This document shows, piece by piece, positions 10,819-21,062 of a DNA stretch of 64,000 bases. Numbering within the stretch: position 1 is the first letter of the stretch; each line of letters opens with the position of its first letter. The notes beneath the pieces were generated by a model. That model worked only from the letters and a program-made list of their open reading frames with translations, did not search any database and was not told the origin of the DNA. Origin of the DNA: Escherichia coli (GTDB lineage Bacteria > Pseudomonadota > Gammaproteobacteria > Enterobacterales > Enterobacteriaceae); NCBI RefSeq assembly GCF_045037415.1, contig NZ_CP173438.1; one strand, given 5' to 3'. Both the position numbers and the translations under genes were made by a program.

Positions 10819-11194
10819 TGTGTTTACTCCTGATTAGCTATGTGTATTTGACGATGCCTGATATGTCATCGCGGCAAAACGCGTCCATTGAATATAGCCA
10901 ATATTTAAACCACCCGATCCAGCCCTAACATGCCGCGAGCCTGAATGAAACAGAGCAGCAACGTTCCCCATAAGGCGAGCGCCTATAAGTGTGATATTTG
11001 CTATCCGTAAAAGACAAAAATCGGCAAAACTGATGATATTTTCACGTAGACAAATAGTTATCTACACAACGTCAATAAGGGCATATTCTTCAAAGATAAT
11101 GTCCATTTCTGCCGACACACTCATACTCAGGCCGCCCCACTCCCTGGGGCTTAAATCTCTTACTGTTCACCGTTGCAAACATATCAAGTTCGTA

Positions 11195-12577
11195 TCAACC
11201 TGCCACACTCCCCCACACCAGTTGCCCTTTATGGAACGTCGCCGTTCTCGGCGAAATACGCGCCACCGCCTCGGCGGAACAGGAGGCGTCCACCAGCACA
11301 AAACTGGCATCATCCTGCGCTTTGGGCCACACGCGCTCGCCTTTTTCGTTGAGCGGCAATACATCGCCAGTGGCTAAAAACAGAGAGCGGGAGAGGTTCT
11401 GTTCGTTAGGACGAATATAGAGCTGCGCGTACAGATTGGCTTTTTCCAGCATGTCGCCCAGGCCGTAAGGCGACCAGTGGTCGATAACGCTGTCGGTGCC
11501 GGTCATCACTTTTACGCCTTTGTCGTGCAGCTGTTTGAGCGGCATATGCAGCGTGCCAATCGGCACCGTCGAAGCGATCGAAATTCGCTGCGCCGCCATC
11601 CGGTGCGCCAGTTCATCTACCTGTTGTTCGTTGAGCGTTGCCAGCGCAAAGGCGTGGCTGATGGTCAGCTTGCCCTTCAGCTGTGGCGTTTTCTCCACTG
11701 TTTCAACCATATAATTGATGGCTGCCACGCCTGCCGGCGTGGTTTCGTGCAGGTGAATATCGACGCCTTTGTCATAGTCCAGCGCAATCTGGAACATGGT
11801 GTCGAGGGATTTTTCCATCGCGCCATCAACACTGGTCGGGTCCAGCCCGCCGACGTAATGCGCCCCCGCCTGCATCGCTTCGCGCATTAAGGATTCCGAT
11901 TTCGACAGCAGCAAACCGTGCTGCGGGAAGGCGACGATCTCACACTCGAAGCCCGTCTGACGTCGCGCCAGCACCGCCTGCAAATTTTGCAGATTTTTCA
12001 GGCCGGAAACCGGTTCGATATTGCAGTGGCTGCGGGCAATAGTGGTGCCTTTCGACTGCAATAAATCGATCAGTTTTTCCGCCCGTTCCTGCGTGTACGG
12101 TTGCAGTTCCGGCAGCATTTTCTGCTCGAGTTTGATCATGTCCTGGATAGTGGTGCCTGCCGGACGATTGAGCGAGCGCCACGGCCCGCCGTAGAAGGTT
12201 TTGTCGAGATGAATATGCATATCGCGGGTGGTGGGCAGCATCAGCTTACCGCCAGCGTCATAGTGCGGCAGCGTGGCGTCCGGATGCTGCTTGTTCTCGC
12301 GCAGGGCAACAATTTTACCGTCCTGAATCTCCACGGTCTGGCGCGCCGTGCGGGTCTGTACCGCCACGCCATTTTCGTAGTCAAAACCGGTTTCCAGCAG
12401 CACGTTATCGAGATAGTAATGCGGGTCAGTGATTTTCATGGTGTTGTTCGCTTCGCAGTTTAGGGTGCCAGCTACCCCCGCATGGGCGAGCGGCACTGAG
12501 GTACCAAACAGCGCGGCGGCGGTGACCATCTTACCGCTCTGGCTCAGAAATTCACGGCGGCTATTGTTTTCTTTCAT
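11195..12577 (-). CDS. yahJ: Amidohydrolase-superfamily deaminase/hydrolase with twin-arginine (Tat) signal peptide
   Basis: 460 aa ORF; N-terminus SRREFLSQS followed by hydrophobic stretch and AHA cleavage site; metal-binding HIHLDK motif. Confidence 0.85.
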   Translation of the reverse strand: MKENNSRREFLSQSGKMVTAAALFGTSVPLAHAGVAGTLNCEANNTMKITDPHYYLDNVLLETGFDYENGVAVQTRTARQTVEIQDGKIVALRENKQHPDATLPHYDAGGKLMLPTTRDMHIHLDKTFYGGPWRSLNRPAGTTIQDMIKLEQKMLPELQPYTQERAEKLIDLLQSKGTTIARSHCNIEPVSGLKNLQNLQAVLARRQTGFECEIVAFPQHGLLLSKSESLMREAMQAGAHYVGGLDPTSVDGAMEKSLDTMFQIALDYDKGVDIHLHETTPAGVAAINYMVETVEKTPQLKGKLTISHAFALATLNEQQVDELAHRMAAQRISIASTVPIGTLHMPLKQLHDKGVKVMTGTDSVIDHWSPYGLGDMLEKANLYAQLYIRPNEQNLSRSLFLATGDVLPLNEKGERVWPKAQDDASFVLVDASCSAEAVARISPRTATFHKGQLVWGSVAG

Positions 12578-12586
12578 CTTACGTCC

Positions 12587-13537
12587 TTAGGTTTTAATAA
12601 TATGGGTGCCCGTTTCGCCGCGTAGCGCCGCAGGCAGGCATTCCGGCGTGGTGATAATCACTTCTTTGCCGTCCTGTTCCAGGAACGTCAGGCTGGCGAT
12701 GATTTTTGGCAACATGCTGCCAGGTGGGAAATGCCCTTCCTGCATATAGCGGGTCATGGTGGCAATATCTACGCGATCGAGCGCCTGTTGCTGCGGCTTG
12801 CCAAAGTGGATACAGACTTTTTCGACGCCGGTGGTGATCACCAGAATGTCGGCGTGAATTTCGCGGGCCAGTAGCGCGGTGGAGAGATCTTTGTCGATAA
12901 CCGCGTCCACGCTTTGGTAATCTCCCGCTTCGGTGCGCACCACAGGAATTCCACCGCCGCCCGCGCCAATCACCACAAAGCCTTGTTGGATCAGCGCCTT
13001 AATGGCAGGTGCTTCGACAATACGTTTCGGTTCCGGCGAGGCGACCACGCGGCGATAGCCCCGTCCGGCATCTTCAACAAAACGCCAGTCAGGGTTTGCC
13101 TTTTGTAGTTCGTCACGCTGGCTTTCACTAAAGAATGCGCCGATGGGCTTGGTGGGATGGGCAAAACCCGGATCGTTTTTATCCACTTCCACCTGAGTCA
13201 CCACAGTGACGGCTTTTTTCTCGCCGTGACGCGCCAGTCGGTTGTTCAGCGCCTGCTGGATCAGATAGCCAATGCCACCTTGCGTATCCGCCACACAGTT
13301 CGCCAGCGGCGTTAAGGGCAGCCCTTCGCGCTCGTGGGCAATCTCCGCACGGCGTAAATCCAGCCCGACCTGCGGCCCGTTGCCGTGGGTCAGCACAATG
13401 TCGTAATCGGAAGCCAGCATTTCCAGCACCGTATCGGCCACGGCTTTCACCGCCTCCGCCTGATGCTCAATCGACTGGCTGGCGTTATCTTTGATAATGC
13501 TGTTGCCACCAATGGCAACGACCACAAGTTCTTTCAT
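12587..13537 (-). CDS. yahI: Carbamate kinase-like protein (amino acid kinase family)
   Basis: 316 aa ORF; N-terminal VVVAIGGNS motif typical of carbamate kinases; synteny. Confidence 0.85.
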   Translation of the reverse strand: MKELVVVAIGGNSIIKDNASQSIEHQAEAVKAVADTVLEMLASDYDIVLTHGNGPQVGLDLRRAEIAHEREGLPLTPLANCVADTQGGIGYLIQQALNNRLARHGEKKAVTVVTQVEVDKNDPGFAHPTKPIGAFFSESQRDELQKANPDWRFVEDAGRGYRRVVASPEPKRIVEAPAIKALIQQGFVVIGAGGGGIPVVRTEAGDYQSVDAVIDKDLSTALLAREIHADILVITTGVEKVCIHFGKPQQQALDRVDIATMTRYMQEGHFPPGSMLPKIIASLTFLEQDGKEVIITTPECLPAALRGETGTHIIKT

Positions 13538-13577
13538 GTTGTTATGTCCGCGACAGAGGGTGATGGGGTTATGACCA

Positions 13578-13680
13578 ACGCCAGACTGCCTGATGCGCTA
13601 CGCTTATCAGGCCTACAATTCTCGTGCCACTCGTAGGCCGGATAAGGCGTTCACGCCGCATCCGGCAGAGACAACGCGTA
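13578..13680. repeat. REP/BIME element pair between yahI and yahG
   Basis: gcctgatgcgctacgcttatcaggcctac and gtaggccggataaggcgttcacgccgcatccggc REP palindromes. Confidence 0.85.
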
Positions 13681-13689
13681 CTTTGCAGG

Positions 13690-15108
13690 TCAGACGCCGT
13701 AACGTTCGCACCAGCCAAGAATGGCTTTCTCGAAGCAGGCGAAGGGTGGATGCACAATGCCCGCGCCAATCATGCCGACGCCCGCATCTTTATGGGCAAT
13801 GGCGGTGTTGATCACCGGCAGAATGCCGCTGCTACCCACGCGGGTGATGTCGATTGCCGACGGCACGCCCATAAAACCGAGCAGCGGAATGGTGACGTTG
13901 GGGTTTTCGCCAAGGGTGATTTCACGCATCTGACGGGAGAAATCGATAGCCTCTTCCACCGTGCCGCCCACCAGCGCAACGATCGCGGGCGCGGTCGCCA
14001 TCGCAAATCCGCCGATACCGTAGGTTTCGGTGATGGCGCTGTCGCCGATATCCAGCCCCGAATCTTCCGGCTTATAACCGGCAAACATCGGGCCGATGAC
14101 CTGCTGCGCCGGGCCGGTAAACCATTGCCCCGGCAGGCCGCTGACCCGCAGGCCGAACTCGACGCCGTTACGCGCCATGGTGGTCACCACGGTGCTGTAT
14201 TCAATGCCGTGCGCCGCATCCATCGCCGCTTTACACATCGCCATCCACGTTGGGCCGGAGAAGTAATCGCTGCTGGCGACAAACTCAAACACTTCGCGCT
14301 GTTGCTCAACGGAATAACCCGCCTGAATAATCCCCGGCGTCAGCGCCTGAATCAGCAGCGTCGTCCCGGCGTTATTGCGGTTATGGCATTCATCGCCCAT
14401 ATGCAGCGCCTGCGCCAGCATTAAGCGCAGATCGATCTCGCCGATAATTTTCATCGCGTCACGCAGCATTGGCCCCTGCACATCGCGCATCCAGTTGAGG
14501 CGGTCGATCACGCTCTGGTCGTTAGCGCCCATACGCAAAATCTTCGCCATCTGCTCGCTCATGTTGGTATAAGCGATGTTGCCATAGGTTTTGTTTTTCA
14601 CGATGTGCATAAACATCGAGGCCGAGGTGACGCCCGCCATCGATCCCACACAGTCGTGCTCGTGGCACGGCGAGAAGGTGATCTCCCCGGAAGCCGCCAG
14701 CTCAGCCGCCTCGTCGAGATCTTTCGCCAGTCCTTCAAACACCAGCGCTCCGGTGACCGCGCCTTTCATCGCGCCGCACATTTTTTCCCAGGTGACCGGC
14801 GGCCCGGCGTGAAGAATGGTTTTCGCCGTCATGCCCGGCACCACGTTAATCGCCTGATCAAAACCAATCAGCACTGGATGCGACTGGATAATGCGCTCCA
14901 GCGCCTGCTGGTTAGCGGCGGTGATTTTGTCCGCCAGCGGCGAATCGGCAATGTTGTCCAGTGCCTGCACCACCTGCATATTGCCCTGCCCCGGCGGCGT
15001 CCAGTCGAGTTGGGTCACTTCTACATGCTGCTTTTTCAGATCATCGCTAAACATGGCGATACCGACGTTAATAACGTTCAACGGTTGGCTAAACAGTGAC
15101 TGGCTCAT
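13690..15108 (-). CDS. yahG: DUF1116-family protein (paralog of YlbE/AllG)
   Basis: 472 aa ORF; length and position match YahG; start overlaps yahF stop (ATGA), indicating translational coupling. Confidence 0.8.
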   Translation of the reverse strand: MSQSLFSQPLNVINVGIAMFSDDLKKQHVEVTQLDWTPPGQGNMQVVQALDNIADSPLADKITAANQQALERIIQSHPVLIGFDQAINVVPGMTAKTILHAGPPVTWEKMCGAMKGAVTGALVFEGLAKDLDEAAELAASGEITFSPCHEHDCVGSMAGVTSASMFMHIVKNKTYGNIAYTNMSEQMAKILRMGANDQSVIDRLNWMRDVQGPMLRDAMKIIGEIDLRLMLAQALHMGDECHNRNNAGTTLLIQALTPGIIQAGYSVEQQREVFEFVASSDYFSGPTWMAMCKAAMDAAHGIEYSTVVTTMARNGVEFGLRVSGLPGQWFTGPAQQVIGPMFAGYKPEDSGLDIGDSAITETYGIGGFAMATAPAIVALVGGTVEEAIDFSRQMREITLGENPNVTIPLLGFMGVPSAIDITRVGSSGILPVINTAIAHKDAGVGMIGAGIVHPPFACFEKAILGWCERYGV

Positions 15109-16655
15109 CAGGCTTCCTCCCCTTTGCAGATAAATTCACGCGCCAGCAATCCGGTATTGGTGCTGCTGCTCGCCAGAATCACTCCGGCATCAAGCAGCAT
15201 CTGGCTTTGTTGTTCTAATGATGGCGTATCGAGATCGGTGCCCAGCACATAGGCGAGAATGATCAACTCGCGTCCTTCGGCAGCGGCGATCGCTTTCGCT
15301 TCTTTGATCGCCTCGATGGTGGAACCGACCGGATCTTCATGCGATCCAAATCCGAGCACAAAATCCATCACGATCACCGCCACTTCTGGATCGCGCGCTT
15401 CTTCGATCAAGCGGCTGATACGGTTGGTCGGGTCAATCATTGGATGCGGCTTGCCGTTGGTGAAGTCATCATCGCCAAAGTCGAGGAAGGTGTGTTTGAT
15501 GCTGCGGTTGATATCTTGCAGGCGGAATTCAGGATCGGGCTGGATATTGCTGTAGACATCGCCATGTTTTTCCATCACCGCGAACAGGGTTTCGTCACAC
15601 AGCGTACCGCCGCAGAACAGACCACGAATGTATTTCTGCTGCGGTTGCAGACGCGCGCGCACATCCGCAATCAACGGCTGGTCAAGCGTATGCAGATCGA
15701 GATGTTCTTGTTTCACGCCGGAGAGCATCACCGCTTTCAATGCCGCCTCTTTGCTGCCGCGAGCAAACTGTAGCCCCTGCTCATCCACTGGCGTTTCGCC
15801 ACGACCGAGGAAGCAGGCCACCACTGGCTTGCGGCAGGCGCGTGCGCGTTCCAGCACTTTGCGGGCCACCGCAGGCGCAGGCGGTTTGGAGATAAGCACA
15901 ATGATTTCAGTTTGCGGATCGTTTTCCAGCATGCTGATGGCATCGAGCATCATCAGTCCGCCGATTTTCTCGCTCAGGTCGCGCCCGCCGGTGCCGATCA
16001 GTTGTGAAACGCCGCCACCAAATTCATGGATACGGACGCTCAATTCCTGGCTGCCGGTGCCAGATGCGCCAACAATACCGATGTTGCCGCGACGCACGGC
16101 GTTACCAAAGCAGAGCGCCGCGCCGTTGATAATCGCCGTGCCGCAGTCTGGCCCCATCATCAGCAGCCCTTTTTCATGGGCCAACTGTTTGAGCGCCAGT
16201 TCATCTTCAACTGAGACATTATCGGAAAACAGCATCACGTTGAGGTCATTTTGCAGCGCCTGACGCGCTTCGCGAGCGGCAAACAGACCGTTGACCGAAA
16301 TCACTGCCAGGTTACTTTCCGGGATATGCTTTTTGGCGCTGGCAATAGTGCCGTAACGCGCCTCGTGCGAGCCGCTTTGCGCTTTGGTGTTGAACAGTTC
16401 TTCAATCTCCGCCAGCAACTGCTCGTTGTCCACACCCGATTTACCATTGATGACAATCATCAGGTCGCCGTTTTTCGCCTGCTCCAGCTCCGGCGTCAGC
16501 AGTCCTAAATTCTTCAACACGCCTTTGTTCATTTCGGTCGCCATCGCCACAAATGCCTGCTCGACGCCGTCGAGTTTATTTGCACGCGTGGAGATAGACA
16601 TCAGCGAGACAGAATCAAAATAGGTATTCGGTTTAATGACTATTTTAACTGACAT
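15108..16655 (-). CDS. yahF: FdrA-like CoA-binding protein (succinyl-CoA synthetase alpha-like fold; paralog of FdrA/AllF)
   Basis: 515 aa ORF; glycine-rich CoA-binding regions; synteny. Confidence 0.8.
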   Translation of the reverse strand: MSVKIVIKPNTYFDSVSLMSISTRANKLDGVEQAFVAMATEMNKGVLKNLGLLTPELEQAKNGDLMIVINGKSGVDNEQLLAEIEELFNTKAQSGSHEARYGTIASAKKHIPESNLAVISVNGLFAAREARQALQNDLNVMLFSDNVSVEDELALKQLAHEKGLLMMGPDCGTAIINGAALCFGNAVRRGNIGIVGASGTGSQELSVRIHEFGGGVSQLIGTGGRDLSEKIGGLMMLDAISMLENDPQTEIIVLISKPPAPAVARKVLERARACRKPVVACFLGRGETPVDEQGLQFARGSKEAALKAVMLSGVKQEHLDLHTLDQPLIADVRARLQPQQKYIRGLFCGGTLCDETLFAVMEKHGDVYSNIQPDPEFRLQDINRSIKHTFLDFGDDDFTNGKPHPMIDPTNRISRLIEEARDPEVAVIVMDFVLGFGSHEDPVGSTIEAIKEAKAIAAAEGRELIILAYVLGTDLDTPSLEQQSQMLLDAGVILASSSTNTGLLAREFICKGEEA

Positions 16656-17508
16656 AATTCCCTCCGTAGGTTTGACTCAGCGCACAACCATCGGCCATGC
16701 CATACAGCATGTCGCAGCCGGAACTGGAGCCAATATGTTTAATTTTTTCTATTGCCTGAGTTGCGTTCCCAGGGATGTCATAAATAATGTTGTGAATAAA
16801 ACGATGAATATTTTCCCGGCAGCGTTGTTGTAATGCGGCTTCCAGCGTGATGGCACTTAATAACGTGGTATTATTTCTGCCGCGTTGCAGGCCGAGATAA
16901 AATTCCTCTTTGTATTTTTCCGCCGGATGTCCGGAAATAAATAAAATAAGTACCAGTCCGGTCAGATAATCATCGGCTGATGGCGTAAGGCCAATCCCTA
17001 ACCCCATCATACTGGCGACTGCTGAGGCGATATTTTGTTTATCGTTTACGGCCTGAATAACTGCCCGTCGTTTAATATGTAGTTCTTTATTTAACGCCTG
17101 ATAAAACGGATTATCGCCGCGATAATTAAACAGGGTTTCATTTTCCCCCAGGTGCTGATGAATAATGTCGTACCACTGTTGCCAGGCGATAAGGTGAAAA
17201 TTCACAGCGGTCATTTGCAAGGTTGGGGACAGCCAACGCTGGCAATGACTCATCTCTATATGATGATGTTGACCAATCGTAATGCCTTGATCGTCAAACT
17301 GAACCTTATCATCATGCCGGAACAGACCATTAAAGTGAGTGAGTGCCAACCGACAACTGTTAGGCGCATTGTCGTACTCTTCACAAAGCAGCGTCAGCAA
17401 CTGCTGGCGAGCCGGGAGTGCGATATTTACCGCTCTGGCAAAGACCTGTTCAACCTGTCCTTGCCCCCGCTGCGCCAGAAAATCAGCATCCGCAGTTAGC
17501 GCCCACAC
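16645..17508 (-). CDS. yahE: DUF2877-family protein (paralog of YlbF/AllH)
   Basis: 287 aa ORF overlapping yahF start by 11 bp; synteny. Confidence 0.75.
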   Translation of the reverse strand: MWALTADADFLAQRGQGQVEQVFARAVNIALPARQQLLTLLCEEYDNAPNSCRLALTHFNGLFRHDDKVQFDDQGITIGQHHHIEMSHCQRWLSPTLQMTAVNFHLIAWQQWYDIIHQHLGENETLFNYRGDNPFYQALNKELHIKRRAVIQAVNDKQNIASAVASMMGLGIGLTPSADDYLTGLVLILFISGHPAEKYKEEFYLGLQRGRNNTTLLSAITLEAALQQRCRENIHRFIHNIIYDIPGNATQAIEKIKHIGSSSGCDMLYGMADGCALSQTYGGNYVS

Positions 17509-17547
17509 ACACCGTTTTTCTGGTGTGTTGATAACAAGCCTCCCGGT

Positions 17548-18153
17548 TTATGCACCTGCGGCGATCAGCAACTGCGCAATCTCTTCAAAGCCCCGTTCCC
17601 GCGCCAGTTTCAGCGGCGTTTTGCCATATTTATCGGTCAGATGCGGGCTGGCACCGTGTTCCAGCAATAACTGGACAATCGCCTGCTGTTTAATCCCACC
17701 ATCATTAAGCACAATCGCTTCCAGCAACGGTGTCCAGCCAACATGGTTAGTCTGGTTAACGTTAATCTCCGTATTTGCCAAAAGCTCTTTTACAATACTT
17801 AAATGGCCTTTTTCACAGGCAGGCGTCAGGCCGACACCGCCAAAACGGGTTACGCAATTAAGATCGGGTTTAGCCGGTAAAATAATTCGTAGTAGCGTTA
17901 AATCATCGTTCAGACAGCTAATTAAAAAAGGATTTAAACAGGTATGATCTTGCTTATTAATATCCGCTCCGGCATCAATTAATGCCTGAACGCAAGCATA
18001 TTGCTGATATAAACTTGCCAGCGTAATTGCCGTTTTCCCCTGACGATCGCAGGTATTAATATCGACACCCAGCGCAAGGCAGGTTTTTACTTTATCGATA
18101 TCACCCTGTTGCGCAGCCAATAAATAGTCGGCAGGTAGATTTTTTATAGTCAT
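17548..18153 (-). CDS. yahD: Ankyrin-repeat protein
   Basis: 201 aa ORF with repeated ankyrin-like motifs (G-TPL--A---GH---V--LL--GA). Confidence 0.85.
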   Translation of the reverse strand: MTIKNLPADYLLAAQQGDIDKVKTCLALGVDINTCDRQGKTAITLASLYQQYACVQALIDAGADINKQDHTCLNPFLISCLNDDLTLLRIILPAKPDLNCVTRFGGVGLTPACEKGHLSIVKELLANTEINVNQTNHVGWTPLLEAIVLNDGGIKQQAIVQLLLEHGASPHLTDKYGKTPLKLARERGFEEIAQLLIAAGA

Positions 18154-18410
18154 TCACATTCCCCTGGTTTTTGTGGCTGTTTTCGATGAATTGAGAATAG
18201 CAACGATAATCTGATAAAAGAACCCGCTTAAATTTAATTCGCCGTATTTCGCCTTTTTGTTGAATGATGTTCAACAATCTTTTCGCAGTGTGCGGTAGTG
18301 CAATATTTGTTTCTTTGACCCGATACCCTTTCACTCAATCAGGTTTTATTTCTCTATAGTCTGCACATGTAAGAGTAGCTTTTGTCCATGTCTAACCAGA
18401 GGGGAACAAG

Positions 18411-18908
18411 ATGAACGGACTCACGGCAACGGGTGTCACCGTCGGTATTTGTGCAGGGCTTTGGCAGTTAGTGTCTTCACATGTCGGGCTCTCTCAGGGA
18501 TGGGAATTATTAGGAACCATTGGCTTCGTCGCCTTTTGCAGTTTTTATGCCGCAGGCGGCGGTAAATCGGGGTTTATCAGAAGTCTGGCGGTTAATTATT
18601 CCGGGATGGTGTGGGCATTTTTCGCCGCGCTGGCTGCCGGTTGGCTGGCCTCGGTGAGTGGGATTTCTGGGTTCTGGGCGAGCGTGATTACTACCGTGCC
18701 TTTCTCAGCGGTAGTGGTCTGGCAAGGACGTTTCGGTTTATTGTCTTTTATTCCCGGAGGCTTTCTCGGCATGACGCTATTTTTTGCCAGCGGGATGAAC
18801 TGGACGGTGACATTACTGGGTTTTCTGGCGGGTAACTGCGTGGGGATAATTTCAGAATATGGAGGACAAAAATTAAGCGAAGCGACGACTAAACGCGACG
18901 GGTATTAA
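18411..18908 (+). CDS. yahC: Inner-membrane protein of unknown function
   Basis: 165 aa ORF, four predicted hydrophobic helices; divergent from yahD. Confidence 0.8.
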   Translation: MNGLTATGVTVGICAGLWQLVSSHVGLSQGWELLGTIGFVAFCSFYAAGGGKSGFIRSLAVNYSGMVWAFFAALAAGWLASVSGISGFWASVITTVPFSAVVVWQGRFGLLSFIPGGFLGMTLFFASGMNWTVTLLGFLAGNCVGIISEYGGQKLSEATTKRDGY

Positions 18909-18999
18909 AAGTTATTCAAAAATGATTATCTATCTTTAACCGATACCTCTACAGTCATGGCTGGAGAAATTCATATTCGATAATGGCGGGAATGGTTTA

Positions 19000-19932
19000 A
19001 TGAACTCAATTTTTACCGAAGAGAATCTGTTGGCATTTACTACCGCTGCACGTTTTGGCAGCTTCAGTAAAGCCGCAGAAGAGTTGGGTTTAACCACTTC
19101 CGCCATTAGCTACACCATCAAGCGAATGGAAACAGGGCTGGATGTGGTGCTGTTCACTCGCAGTACCCGCAGCATTGAGTTAACGGAGTCCGGGCGTTAT
19201 TTTTTCCGCAAAGCTACCGACCTGCTGAATGATTTTCACGCCATTAAACGCAGTATCGATACTATTTCGCAGGGCATAGAAGCGCGTGTGCGCATTTGTA
19301 TTAATCAGCTGCTTTATACGCCCAAACACACCGCACGCTTATTACAGGTGCTGAAAAAGCAGTTTCCTACCTGCCAGATTACCGTCACCACCGAAGTGTA
19401 TAACGGCGTCTGGGATGCGATTATTAATAATCAGGCAAATATCGCTATCGGCGCACCCGACACGCTGCTGGACGGTGGCGGCATTGATTACACGGAGATT
19501 GGCGCGATTCGCTGGGCTTTTGCCATCGCTCCGGATCATCCATTAGCCTTTGTGCCGGAGCCGATCGCCGAAAGCCAGCTGCGTCTCTACCCTAATATCA
19601 TGGTGGAGGACACCGCGCATACGATTAATAAAAAAGTAGGCTGGTTGCTGCATGGGCAGGAATCGATTCTGGTGCCCGATTTCAACACCAAATGTCAGTG
19701 CCAGATTTTAGGTGAAGGAATTGGTTTTTTGCCGGATTACATGGTCCGTGAGGCGATGGCGCAATCCTTGCTGGTTACCCGACAAATCCATAACCCGCGC
19801 CAGGATTCACGCATGTTACTCGCAACCCAGCACTCTGCCACCGGTCAGGTGACGCAGTGGATTAAAAAACAATTTGCGCCAAATGGCATATTAACGGGGA
19901 TCTATCAGGATTTACTGCATCGGGAGAGTTAA
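19000..19932 (+). CDS. yahB: LysR-family transcriptional regulator
   Basis: 310 aa ORF; N-terminal LysR HTH (FSKAAEELGLTTSAISYTIKRME). Confidence 0.85.
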   Translation: MNSIFTEENLLAFTTAARFGSFSKAAEELGLTTSAISYTIKRMETGLDVVLFTRSTRSIELTESGRYFFRKATDLLNDFHAIKRSIDTISQGIEARVRICINQLLYTPKHTARLLQVLKKQFPTCQITVTTEVYNGVWDAIINNQANIAIGAPDTLLDGGGIDYTEIGAIRWAFAIAPDHPLAFVPEPIAESQLRLYPNIMVEDTAHTINKKVGWLLHGQESILVPDFNTKCQCQILGEGIGFLPDYMVREAMAQSLLVTRQIHNPRQDSRMLLATQHSATGQVTQWIKKQFAPNGILTGIYQDLLHRES

Positions 19933-19973
19933 TCGCTGCCAACCTCCCGATGCGCTGTGAATAGCGGTTTACA

Positions 19974-21062
19974 TCAACCACCTGCTTTCATTACCCATTC
20001 AGAGATAAATTTATTACCCGGTACTGGCGGAGAGTACAAATAGCCCTGTAAAAAGTGAACGCCTTTGCCGATCATTAAATCCGCCTGCTCCTGGGTTTCT
20101 ACCCCTTCCGCCACGATACTCAAACCAGGCTTACGCGCCAGTTCGACAATATTGTCCACAATATGACCGGAGATTTCGTCGACACTCGCCATTTGCACAA
20201 ACGACTTGTCAATTTTAATAAAATCGACCGGGAACGCCTGCAAGTAACGATAGGTCGCATAACCCGTACCAAAGTCATCCAGCGCAAAAGTAATATTGTG
20301 CTGATGAAGGCTGTCAAATATCGCTCTGGCTTCTGGCGTTACCGGAATAGGATTACGTTCAGTCAACTCAAGAACCAGCTTGATTTTATCGTTACCTAAT
20401 TTCTTAACCAGGTTCAGACACTCTTTTTCAAATCCCGCAGCCAAAAAACAGCCCGCCGAGACGTTGATACCAATATGGAAATTGTCCGGCAGCAAATGTT
20501 TTACCGGCATCAGAATATCCGCAGTCTGTTTCATCAGCTGGCGAGTCATTATGACAATAAGACCGGATGACTCCGCCAGAGGAATAAACTGATCCGGTGG
20601 GATCATTCCCGTTTGTGGATGTTCCCAGCGGACAAGCACTTCACAGCCCGTCAGTACCCCAGTCTGCGCGCAGAAAACCGGTTGGATCCACGGTTTAAAC
20701 TCGTGGTTTTCCAACGCCAGACTGATGGCTTCAGGCGTGACGATATGGTGATAGTGATTATCATTAATATATTTGTGACTATTATTACCCGTGGCGGATA
20801 TGATCTCCGGATTGTACTGAAAGAAAATATCCCGCCAGAAAGTAATATCGCTCTGAATCCCCAGTTTCTCAAAGAGCTGTTTCTTTTGATGTGAAATGGT
20901 CTTTGCACTGCGATTTCTGTACTGTGATATTTCTGTTACAGACATTCCCTGCATCAGCAGCTTGAGTAGCAGTCGTTCTTTCTCGGATACGCTACCAGGC
21001 AATGACAAATGAACCGTTGTACCGAACTCTTGCAGAAAAACACGAAAATCACATGAATTCAT
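19974..21062 (-). CDS. pdeL: c-di-GMP phosphodiesterase with N-terminal LuxR-type HTH and C-terminal EAL domain
   Basis: ORF 19974-21068 (364 aa), likely start at MNSCDF; LuxR HTH (LSVTEISQYRNRSAKTISHQKKQLFEKLG) and EAL-domain motifs (ELTE, DDFGTGY). Confidence 0.9.
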   Translation of the reverse strand: MNSCDFRVFLQEFGTTVHLSLPGSVSEKERLLLKLLMQGMSVTEISQYRNRSAKTISHQKKQLFEKLGIQSDITFWRDIFFQYNPEIISATGNNSHKYINDNHYHHIVTPEAISLALENHEFKPWIQPVFCAQTGVLTGCEVLVRWEHPQTGMIPPDQFIPLAESSGLIVIMTRQLMKQTADILMPVKHLLPDNFHIGINVSAGCFLAAGFEKECLNLVKKLGNDKIKLVLELTERNPIPVTPEARAIFDSLHQHNITFALDDFGTGYATYRYLQAFPVDFIKIDKSFVQMASVDEISGHIVDNIVELARKPGLSIVAEGVETQEQADLMIGKGVHFLQGYLYSPPVPGNKFISEWVMKAGG

